From positions 1 through 28,660 of the IMG/VR virus record IMGVR_UViG_3300027969_000341: 28,660 nt of DNA; one strand, given 5' to 3'. This document shows, piece by piece, positions 1 to 8,897 of this stretch. The notes beneath the pieces are model-generated. The model was not told the origin of the DNA and ran no database searches. It was given only the letters and a program-made list of their open reading frames with translations. Position numbers and translations under genes: made by a program. This stretch comes from a virus (lineage: Duplodnaviria > Caudoviricetes). Positions within the stretch are counted from its first letter, which is position 1. Each line of letters begins with the position of its first letter.

Positions 1-1
1 A

Positions 2-133
2 TACGGGAGTGTAAATATGGGAGGTTTAACCGGTGTGTTAGCTGTGTCGTTAGCAGGCGGTAACGTAAGATTGACAGTTAGCCCTTCTAGTAGTAATGCA
101 ACTGTGTGGACTACACAGTTTAATACAATTTAA
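2..133 (+). CDS. 3' end of a phage fibre-type structural protein (truncated by window edge)
   Basis: Frame from nt 2 reads YGSVNMGGLTGVLAVSLAGGNVRLTVSPSSSNATVWTTQFNTI* (TAA 131-133). It resembles the C-terminus of 6134..7357 (YG...VSTSIAGGNVNL...). Not in the ORF track because the start lies outside the window. Confidence 0.8.
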   Translation, partial: YGSVNMGGLTGVLAVSLAGGNVRLTVSPSSSNATVWTTQFNTI

Positions 134-152
134 GAGAGCCAGATAAAAGTTT

Positions 153-3100
153 ATGGCATTAAAAAAGTTTAATTCGATAGCAGGGTATTCAGTAGGACTA
201 GAACCCACAATTGAAGTTGTTGACAGCAATGGTAATATAATAGCCAATACCCTAGAAGTTACAAACTTTGCAAACTTGGGTAGCATAAGCAATATCAGCA
301 TCTTGGGAGGCAACCCAGACCAAGTAGTTGCTACTGATGGATTTGGTACATTGTTCTTTAAAGATGCGGCACTAACCTTACCCGGTGGTAGCAATCAATC
401 TATTCAATTTAATAATGACGGTGTATTTGCCGGCGATGCTAATCTAACATACAATAATACTACCGGAGCACTTACTGCTACATCATTTGCTGGTAATGGT
501 ATTGGTATATCATACCTTGCAGGGGCAAACGTATTTGGTGAAGTTTCTAACGCAAACTATGCAACCTATGCATTGGTCACTCTCAATAGTACTCAATCTA
601 ATACTTCAACTACCGTTATTGGTAATTACCAACCAAACATTACTCAAGTTGGCAATTTAGCTAATTTAACAGTCACTGGAGCACTAATTGCTAATTCATC
701 ACTAATTGTTGGTGGTGACGCAACAATCACCGGTAACTTAATTGTTGAAGGTAATGCAATTTATGCTGACGTAGAAACATTACGTATAGAGAATCCAATA
801 ATGCAGTTGGGTTCTAACCCAACAGGTGGTGTACTAACTGAAGCGGATGAGTATAATGCCCGCGGTACATTAATGCATTATTTTACTACAAGTGCAGTAG
901 ATGCATTTGTTGGATGGGATGATACAAATCAAGAATTTTCTGTTGCAAGTAACGTAAGCTTAGTTGCAAATACATTAATCATACACGAATATGGTAATTT
1001 AAAAGCTAATTACTTTGTTGGTGATGGCAGTAGAATATCAAATATTTTTGGCGCAAACGTTACTGGGTTTGTACCTAATGCAGTTTATGCAAATGCCGCA
1101 ACAACTTCGGGAGTTGCAAATACAGTTAACGATTCAGCACAGCCAAACATTAGAAGCTTTGGTACTCTTACGAGTTTAGCAGTTAGCCCTACAGTTAATC
1201 CAAGTCTTGGTAATGTAGTAACTGCTAATTTCTTTGTTGGTAATGGTTATAGATTATTCAACATTACAGGTGGAAATGTAGTAGGTGATGTACCAAATGC
1301 AACATATGCAGTAAGTGCAGGAACAAGTTTATTAGCAGGACATGTTACCGCAGCCGACCAAGGAAATATAACAAGTCTTGGAAGATTGAATAGTTTAATT
1401 GTTGATGGTCCTATTACATCACAAAGTGCAAATCTTGGCGGTAGTGTTACAGCTACTCACATTATTGGTGAAGGTGGCAATTTAAGCAATATTACCGGGG
1501 CCAACGTAACTGGTAAAGTAGCAAATGCAATATTCTCAGATAACGCAGGATTGGCCGAGTATGTAACTCAAGGAACTCAATCAAATATTACAGGCGTTGG
1601 TACATTAACAAGTTTAACAGTAACCGGTGTTGTAACTTCCGGTAGTGCTAATTTAGGAGATGCAGTTAGGGGTAATTTCTTCATCGGTGATGGTAGTAAT
1701 CTTGCTAATATCAACGGTGCAAACGTAACCGGTAAAGCTGCTAATGCAATATTTTCTGATAATGCTGAAAATGCAAATTATGCAAATTTTGCAGGTAATG
1801 TAGTAATAGGAGATCAACCTAATATTACCGGAGTTGGACTACTGACATTATTGAATGTTCAAGGTAATCTAACTACAGGAAATGCTGACTTAGGTAACGC
1901 AGTAACTGCTAATTTCTTTATTGGAAATGCTACATACCTTGCAAATATTACCGGTGCAAATGTTGTTGGTAACGTTAACTTAGCTAAACAAGCTAACACT
2001 GCAAATTTTGCAAATATTTCAAATACTGCATTACGTGCAGGCACAGTCACTACAAACTATCAACCCAATATTACTAGCGTGGGTACCTTAACAGATTTAA
2101 TTGTTTCAGGAAACATAAACGTTTCTAATATATCCGCTAGTGATACAATCACTGGTACTTACTTAGCCGGAGATGGTTATCAAATTTCTAATATCAATGG
2201 TGCAAACATTGAAAGTGATGTAGCTAATGCAAACTATGCTAATTTTGCAGGATCAAGTTTAACAGCAGATAGTGCATATATTGCTAATTTGGTTTATAAT
2301 AATGTTCAACCAAACATTAACGAACTTGGTATATTAAATTTCTTAACTGTCAATGGTCCTACTGCACTAGACACCTTTACTGCTAATAGCGGAATTGTTA
2401 GTGGAATGCTAACTATTGGAAATGTTGCAGGTGAAGCATCAGGGTTGTATAATGTTTACGGACCAAACGTAACTAACAAAGTATCAAATGCTGTGTTTGC
2501 AGACAATGCAGGACAATCTAACGTTGCTAATTATGCAATACACATTACAGGAAACAATCAACCAAACATAACTAATGTAGGTACTCTTGTTGATTTGGAT
2601 GTAAGCGGAGTTGTTACATTTGGACAAAATCTAACCGTTACTGGATTACTAGCAGCCGGATATTTAGCCGGTGATGGTAGTAATATATCAAATATTGCTG
2701 GTGGAAATGTTACTGGAAGTGTAGCAAATGCAGTTTATGCTGATGAAGCTGGGCACTCAGCAACCTCTGACTTAGCAACACAGGCTACTGTTGCTAATAC
2801 TGTTTCTGATAATGCACAACCTAATATTACTAGTTTAGGAACACTAACTAGTTTAACATTAGTTGGGGAACAATCAGTAACTGGCAACGTAGTAGTTTCT
2901 GGAAATATTACTGCAAACAATTTCATATCTACTAACATGTCAGGTGTGTTTAGTGGCGATGTTACAATCGTCGGAGCAAACGGTGCTATACTTTTTAACG
3001 ATGCCGGGTACCTTAAATCAGCAAACTTTTTATTATTTAATAAAACATCAAATACATTAACAGTTCCTGGCAATTTAAACGTTAGTAATAATATCACACG

Positions 3101-6100
3101 TGATGGAAAAACAGTACCAACATTTGTAACACAGGCAACCGCACCTGCCAATGCTAAATTAGGAGACCAGTGGTTAGATACAGATACTACTAAGGTTTAT
3201 CAATTTTTTAGAGACCCGCAAAATCTTTCTTACGCATGGGTCGATATTAGTACCGGTTTCATTAATTCAAATACAGAAGCTACCGGAAGTACAATTGTAT
3301 TACGTGATCCACAAGGTAACATATCTTCAAATAATTTATCTGTAATCGGAGATGCTTCTATTCTAGGCAATTTAGATGTTAAAGGTGCAGTAACTTATAT
3401 TCAAAGTTCTGTAACTTACGTGACAGATCCAATAACTGAAATTGGTGGAGGGGAAGATGGTAATCCATTAATATCAAACAATAATATGGATCGTGGTACA
3501 CTAATTCATAATTACACCACAACACCAATTGATGCATTTATAGGATGGGACACTAGTAATGCAGAATTTGCATTAGGCAGTAATGTATCAGTAACGAACA
3601 ATGTTGTAACTTTTAACGAGTACGGTACACTAAGAGTTGGAAATATAATTGTAGAACAAAACGCCAACATTGATGGCAATATTGTTATTAACGGGTCTAT
3701 TAGTGTTACCGGTGGAATTTCTGGTAGCGTAGGTAATGTAATCCCATTGGGAGGCCCAGTAGATGCAGACTTAGTATCACCCGGATCAATAACTTCATGG
3801 ACAACGGAAACTAAAGTGACTGATGCAATTGATGATTTAAATGAAGCACTTGAAAACGTGCGAAATAATACGTATGTTAAGAGTGTTAGCTTTACCGGTA
3901 CCCCAACAGCAGGTGGTGCAGGTACACTAGTAACACTAACAATTACAAGTGTAGGCAATCCAAATCGATATGATATTAATTGGGGTGATGGTACTTACAG
4001 TAATAACACTAGTTCTACTACACCAACTCATACTTACGCAACCAATGTAGACAGCCCATTTGATGTGACAGTCAGAGCATATAACAACGGTGGCTCTGGT
4101 AAAGGTAGCGAAGCAAGTTTTACCCGGGCAGATTATATTGTAATTTATACTGCTAATCCAGTAGTAAGTTTTGGCTTGTACAGAGGTATTACAGGTGGTA
4201 GTGCATTGTCAGGTATCTCATTATATGTGAGCGAAGGTGAAACATTCTATTTAGATAATACTACTACAAATACTACAGGTGCTACAGTAACTTATACAAT
4301 TAATTGGGGTGATAGTTCTACCCCGGACACAATTAGTAGTGATAGTGTAGCCGGTGGTGTCGGTGGTGGACGAATTAGCCATATGTATGCTACCGGACAA
4401 AACTCTGGTACTGGTACAAAAACAATTACATTGACACTAAACAGTCATAACACAGCAACTCCAGCATATATTGCAACAGGACCAAATAGTACTTCTGCTA
4501 TTAAGATTTATAACCCAAGCATTACTGCACCAAATGGGTTGAGTAGTAAAACAACAGTAGCGTTCCAAGCAAGTGTTGGAACAAGCCCGTATCTTGCAGC
4601 CAACTTTGCTAATAACACAGGTGGTGCAGTTACTATTACAGCAGGATCAAGTGTTAGTCGTGTGACTACAGGAACTCCAGTAGAGACAATCGTACTGTCA
4701 ACTTATGCTTACAACGGCGACAGTGGATATCTACGTGCTTTTGTTAACGGCAGCGAAGAGGGCAATATTACATTGACTACTGGCAGTCAAGTTGGTACTA
4801 ATAGTTCATTGGTTCTATCAGCAGAAAGCGACTATAATTTATTAGATGCTAACGGAACATCAATTGCATTTAGTGCATCAATTTACAGTCCTTCATTATA
4901 TAAAGGCTTTACAGCAAAAGTTTCTAAGACAAACTCTGCACTGACTGTTGGAGTAAACAACTTTAAACTAAGTCATACAACTACAGGTAATACAAATATT
5001 GTTGAATTTGTAAAAGACGATGTAACAAGCGTACCAACTGTTGATGTATCAGTCGCCACAATCAGTAATGCAACAAACGGAACATATCGTTATGTTTCGG
5101 GTATCCCGTATTACAACACAGGTAGCCCAACAATCACAATGACTGGTGCAAATATATATAACTGGATTGGTCAAACATATAGAAATACAACTACTCCATT
5201 CCAAATTGAAGCCGGAACTAATGATGAAAGTACAACAGGAAACGTAATTGCTACACAAACTAAAACATATGCTAACTTAGACGGGGCGACTACGTTCTTA
5301 TCTAGTAGTATACCAAAAGCTAATACAGGTAACACAATTAGCAATCAATATACAATTGGTAGTCAAACAATTACTGTTGCTGGCGTAGCTAGTGTAGCCG
5401 CAGTTCAGACTATTAAGTTCTTAGCAGTTAACGTTAATGGTTCAAGCGCATACGCAACACATACTAAAAAGATTCAAGTTTTTACTGCTACCCCATCAGG
5501 ATTTGTAGAAGATAATATCACTTGTACTATCCCAATTGGTGCAGTAGCAAACAGTAATGCTGCCAAACGTATTGTAATTGCTAGCGCAACAGGCGCTACT
5601 CCAGTGTATGTAACAGCTACAAATTATTATACAAACAGTCTATGGTCTGGCGCTCAAACAGTAGCAGGCACTGATGAAGCTATTGTTCGTTTCAATACAT
5701 TAAAGAATTTTGCAACTGACTTGTCAACTGGTTACTTGCCCGCAGGTCCTGACTTATCAACTGGACGTAGTGGTACACAGTACTTTAGAGGTGCTTTTGT
5801 AAGAGCAAGTAAGAGTAGCTTTAATATTACTATAACAGGTAAAATTTCTGGATTGCGTTTTGCAGTACCAGGAGTAACAGATTCACTACCATATGCAACT
5901 AACGGATGGTTAGACGCTAATCAGCCTTACTTTGGCGCTGGTGTAGCAGGAGCAAATGATAGCGGATGTGCTGATGGTTCAGTTGTACCAACTGGATCGG
6001 TAATATCCGGGGCAACGTACAAAATAACGTTTGGTGAAGGTAGTACAAGTTCATCGGGAAATTCAGGTAATCAAGTACTGTTTAGTATTGCACTAGCATC

Positions 6101-6134
6101 AAGTGATTATATTACATCATGGAGCTTTAGTTAA
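153..6134 (+). CDS. Giant (1993 aa) virion fibre/structural protein: repetitive N-terminal shaft, two PKD-like Ig domains, C-terminal globular region
   Basis: Nine QPNITxxGxLxxL-type repeats, two DPI/DRG/GWD modules and a GDQW...WVD motif. A short helical segment (VTDAIDDLNEALENV) precedes two INWGD motifs (Trp codons at 3981 and 4305) resembling PKD domains. Stop overlaps the next start (TAATG). Confidence 0.85.
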   Translation: MALKKFNSIAGYSVGLEPTIEVVDSNGNIIANTLEVTNFANLGSISNISILGGNPDQVVATDGFGTLFFKDAALTLPGGSNQSIQFNNDGVFAGDANLTYNNTTGALTATSFAGNGIGISYLAGANVFGEVSNANYATYALVTLNSTQSNTSTTVIGNYQPNITQVGNLANLTVTGALIANSSLIVGGDATITGNLIVEGNAIYADVETLRIENPIMQLGSNPTGGVLTEADEYNARGTLMHYFTTSAVDAFVGWDDTNQEFSVASNVSLVANTLIIHEYGNLKANYFVGDGSRISNIFGANVTGFVPNAVYANAATTSGVANTVNDSAQPNIRSFGTLTSLAVSPTVNPSLGNVVTANFFVGNGYRLFNITGGNVVGDVPNATYAVSAGTSLLAGHVTAADQGNITSLGRLNSLIVDGPITSQSANLGGSVTATHIIGEGGNLSNITGANVTGKVANAIFSDNAGLAEYVTQGTQSNITGVGTLTSLTVTGVVTSGSANLGDAVRGNFFIGDGSNLANINGANVTGKAANAIFSDNAENANYANFAGNVVIGDQPNITGVGLLTLLNVQGNLTTGNADLGNAVTANFFIGNATYLANITGANVVGNVNLAKQANTANFANISNTALRAGTVTTNYQPNITSVGTLTDLIVSGNINVSNISASDTITGTYLAGDGYQISNINGANIESDVANANYANFAGSSLTADSAYIANLVYNNVQPNINELGILNFLTVNGPTALDTFTANSGIVSGMLTIGNVAGEASGLYNVYGPNVTNKVSNAVFADNAGQSNVANYAIHITGNNQPNITNVGTLVDLDVSGVVTFGQNLTVTGLLAAGYLAGDGSNISNIAGGNVTGSVANAVYADEAGHSATSDLATQATVANTVSDNAQPNITSLGTLTSLTLVGEQSVTGNVVVSGNITANNFISTNMSGVFSGDVTIVGANGAILFNDAGYLKSANFLLFNKTSNTLTVPGNLNVSNNITRDGKTVPTFVTQATAPANAKLGDQWLDTDTTKVYQFFRDPQNLSYAWVDISTGFINSNTEATGSTIVLRDPQGNISSNNLSVIGDASILGNLDVKGAVTYIQSSVTYVTDPITEIGGGEDGNPLISNNNMDRGTLIHNYTTTPIDAFIGWDTSNAEFALGSNVSVTNNVVTFNEYGTLRVGNIIVEQNANIDGNIVINGSISVTGGISGSVGNVIPLGGPVDADLVSPGSITSWTTETKVTDAIDDLNEALENVRNNTYVKSVSFTGTPTAGGAGTLVTLTITSVGNPNRYDINWGDGTYSNNTSSTTPTHTYATNVDSPFDVTVRAYNNGGSGKGSEASFTRADYIVIYTANPVVSFGLYRGITGGSALSGISLYVSEGETFYLDNTTTNTTGATVTYTINWGDSSTPDTISSDSVAGGVGGGRISHMYATGQNSGTGTKTITLTLNSHNTATPAYIATGPNSTSAIKIYNPSITAPNGLSSKTTVAFQASVGTSPYLAANFANNTGGAVTITAGSSVSRVTTGTPVETIVLSTYAYNGDSGYLRAFVNGSEEGNITLTTGSQVGTNSSLVLSAESDYNLLDANGTSIAFSASIYSPSLYKGFTAKVSKTNSALTVGVNNFKLSHTTTGNTNIVEFVKDDVTSVPTVDVSVATISNATNGTYRYVSGIPYYNTGSPTITMTGANIYNWIGQTYRNTTTPFQIEAGTNDESTTGNVIATQTKTYANLDGATTFLSSSIPKANTGNTISNQYTIGSQTITVAGVASVAAVQTIKFLAVNVNGSSAYATHTKKIQVFTATPSGFVEDNITCTIPIGAVANSNAAKRIVIASATGATPVYVTATNYYTNSLWSGAQTVAGTDEAIVRFNTLKNFATDLSTGYLPAGPDLSTGRSGTQYFRGAFVRASKSSFNITITGKISGLRFAVPGVTDSLPYATNGWLDANQPYFGAGVAGANDSGCADGSVVPTGSVISGATYKITFGEGSTSSSGNSGNQVLFSIALASSDYITSWSFS

Positions 6135-7357
6135 TGGCTATTTCAGACTCACAAAAAGTTGATTATCTTTGGAAGAAAATAGCCTACGGTAAGACTAAGA
6201 CTGATTTAGGAACTATTAAACAGGGTTTTGAAGAAAGTATTTCTAGCCCGTTATTGATTCGTGGCGATAGAATTTGGCAACAATCAGGTAGTATTCCAGC
6301 AAGTATTGCAACATCAAGCGCAGTAGTAACTGTTTATTCAGGTGCAACAACAGTTGAATGTACAGAAGATATAACTGCCGCAGACAATAGAACATGGAAA
6401 ACTAATTATACGGATTGGATCAGTCCTGAGTTTGGTGCTGATTACATTATCAGCGTTTACATTGCTAATTCAGGAATTACAGGGTCAAATAAAACAACTC
6501 AAGTAACAATTGCTGGAAACAAGATTACGGCTGCGGGTGTAACAAGCCCAACTGCGCTTGATGACCAATGGTACTTTGACTACCAATCTGGTGTATTGCA
6601 CTTCATCGGAACAAACATCCCAACTGCCATTACAACTAATGTGACTGGTAAAAGTATTTACATTACTGGTGCAAGATATACAGGTGATTTAGGGTTTGGT
6701 TCAAGCGGTAGTTCTAGTATTTCAAATGCGACTTTGGGTAATTTAAACATTACCGGAAATACAATCAGTAGTCTTAATACAAATGATAATATTGTTATTG
6801 ACCCGAATGGTACCGGTAATATTTTATTGATTGCCAATACGTCAATCACCGGAACAATAAGCATTAATTCAACTGCTGATTCTAATTATGGCGCAATCAG
6901 CATAGGTAATGCAACAATTGCCGCAAATACAACAAGTGGAGCAGCCGGGATATTCACTGGAATAGGTTCGTCTGCAATTAGTAATATTACAATCGGAACA
7001 TCAAGTTCAACTGTAAAAGTTCCTGGTACACTAGCAACGGGAAGCATTGTTGGAAACAGTGCAAATATTACCATCGTTACTGACACACTGATTGATACCT
7101 TCCCAATCGCTACTTACAGAACTGCTAAATATATAATAAAAGTGTCAAATAGTGTAACTTATGAAGCACTAGAAGCATTAGTTATACATGATAATACAGA
7201 TAGTTATATCACTGTTTATGGATATATCAGTTCTGATGATACAGATATTGTAAGCGTAAGCACAAGTATAGCTGGTGGAAATGTAAATCTCTATGCTTCT
7301 AGGATTGGTGCAACTACCACAGTATTGAATTATTTGGCTACTTACATAAAAGATTGA
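6134..7357 (+). CDS. Phage virion structural protein (407 aa) with C-terminal TAKY...IHD...YG domain
   Basis: Translationally coupled to the upstream gene. Globular N-terminus (MAISDSQKVDYLWKK...QWYFDYQSGVLHF), short shaft, and C-terminal IDTF..ATYRTAKYIIKV...EALVIHDN...YG domain of a type common in large-phage fibre proteins. Confidence 0.8.
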   Translation: MAISDSQKVDYLWKKIAYGKTKTDLGTIKQGFEESISSPLLIRGDRIWQQSGSIPASIATSSAVVTVYSGATTVECTEDITAADNRTWKTNYTDWISPEFGADYIISVYIANSGITGSNKTTQVTIAGNKITAAGVTSPTALDDQWYFDYQSGVLHFIGTNIPTAITTNVTGKSIYITGARYTGDLGFGSSGSSSISNATLGNLNITGNTISSLNTNDNIVIDPNGTGNILLIANTSITGTISINSTADSNYGAISIGNATIAANTTSGAAGIFTGIGSSAISNITIGTSSSTVKVPGTLATGSIVGNSANITIVTDTLIDTFPIATYRTAKYIIKVSNSVTYEALEALVIHDNTDSYITVYGYISSDDTDIVSVSTSIAGGNVNLYASRIGATTTVLNYLATYIKD

Positions 7358-7370
7358 TAAGAATAAGAAG

Positions 7371-7898
7371 ATGACATATAAGAGTTTTAACGTTAAGCAA
7401 GGTTTTAGAACTGGTAATATAACCTTAGATGCCTCATCGGGTAACGCTAACGTAGCTAATATCACAGTCACTGATTTAGCTAATATTTCTGTTCTTAAAG
7501 TCAAAGATTATGTTGCTAGTAACCTAATCCCAAATGCAAATGCTACTTATTCTATAGGTAATGCAGCCAATAGATTTCAAAATATTGCGCTTTCGGGTAA
7601 TATTGATATTAATGGGTATTTAATAAATGCCAATGCAACAACCGCTACTTTTTCGGGAAATATTGTTGCAGATGGCGCAAATTTCAACGCTATATCAGTA
7701 AATAATACACTTACGATAAATAGTACTACAGACTCTACGTCCACGGTTACTGGCTCAATAGTCACTTCAGGGGGTGTAGGGATAGCTAAAGATTTAACTG
7801 TAGGTGGTAACATCAACTTAACTGGCGGCGGAACAACACCAAAAGGAAGTTTAGGTTACAACTCAGGGGTTGATAGCTTTGAATTTCAGTTTAAATAA
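7371..7898 (+). CDS. Short fibre segment protein (175 aa)
   Basis: N-terminal KSFNVKQG motif, LIPNANATYSIGN..NRF fibre motif and STS.VTG..V..GG.GI motif. C-terminal YNSGVDSFEFQFK resembles the C-terminus of 8898..13223. Confidence 0.8.
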   Translation: MTYKSFNVKQGFRTGNITLDASSGNANVANITVTDLANISVLKVKDYVASNLIPNANATYSIGNAANRFQNIALSGNIDINGYLINANATTATFSGNIVADGANFNAISVNNTLTINSTTDSTSTVTGSIVTSGGVGIAKDLTVGGNINLTGGGTTPKGSLGYNSGVDSFEFQFK

Positions 7899-7910
7899 TT
7901 AAGGAAAAAC

Positions 7911-8858
7911 ATGAGCGCACCGACAACAATTGGAGCAAGATTAAAAAATGATGGTACACTATACACTGCTGGTATTACACCTGGGGATTTAGATACCGGA
8001 TTTGATGAAGTTACTGGTTCTAATCACAAAGTTACAAAGACAAATATCTTTGCTGGTGAATTAGACGAAATTACATTGCCTTCAGGACAGCCCTCAGGTG
8101 GATCAATTTTATTAAATGGTACAACTCAGTATCTTTCATTAGCAGGTTCTGGAGATTTCCAGTTTGGTACAGACAATTTTACAATTGAAGGATGGTTCTA
8201 TTCAACTTCAGCTGCCTATCAACGTCTATGGTGTTTCCCAGACGGAGATAACGTTGAAGTAATGGGAACTCAAGTATTCTATTGGAAAGGTTCTGGCTCA
8301 CCAATTGGTAGCGGATCAAATTCTTTTTCTGCTAATGCTTGGACTCATATCGCATTAGTTAAAAGCGGTGGAGTAGCTAAAGTTTATATTAATGGTTTAG
8401 CAAGAATAGTAGATAACTCACCGTATGATTCACAAAGCTCACGTGCATTAGCAATTGGTGGTGAAGTTGATTTAGGTATTAGTGGACAAAGCCCAACAGT
8501 AGGTGTAAGAGATGGCTACTTTGTAGGTAAGATTACACAATTTAGAGTCGTAAAAGGCGTAGCAGTATACACTAACACTTTCAGTACACCAATTAATCCA
8601 TTACAAAAAACACAACTTTCAGGGGTAAACATAACTGCTATCACTGGAACAAGTACAAAACTATTATTAAAAGTAATAGATTCAAGTAGTTTAGTAACTG
8701 ACAGTTCGGATAGCACTCAGTCAGTTACAAATAACGGCAATGCAACATTTGATGCAAGTTCACCTTCATCAACAACATTCAACGGAGCAATGAAACAATT
8801 TAGAAATGGTAAATTGCTAGTTCAAAGTGAGTTTGACGAATATACAGGTATAGTGTAA
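7911..8858 (+). CDS. LamG/concanavalin A-like lectin domain protein, with the domain inserted in a small adaptor scaffold (315 aa)
   Basis: SD AAGGA upstream. FTIEGWFY...WTHIALVK...KVYING...LAIGG...YFVGKITQFRVVKGVAVY is a typical phage LamG-like signature. Both termini align with the 77-aa ORF 13235..13468. Confidence 0.85.
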   Translation: MSAPTTIGARLKNDGTLYTAGITPGDLDTGFDEVTGSNHKVTKTNIFAGELDEITLPSGQPSGGSILLNGTTQYLSLAGSGDFQFGTDNFTIEGWFYSTSAAYQRLWCFPDGDNVEVMGTQVFYWKGSGSPIGSGSNSFSANAWTHIALVKSGGVAKVYINGLARIVDNSPYDSQSSRALAIGGEVDLGISGQSPTVGVRDGYFVGKITQFRVVKGVAVYTNTFSTPINPLQKTQLSGVNITAITGTSTKLLLKVIDSSSLVTDSSDSTQSVTNNGNATFDASSPSSTTFNGAMKQFRNGKLLVQSEFDEYTGIV

Positions 8859-8897
8859 ATCACTACAATAACTTTTTAGAAACAAAGGAAGAAAAAA

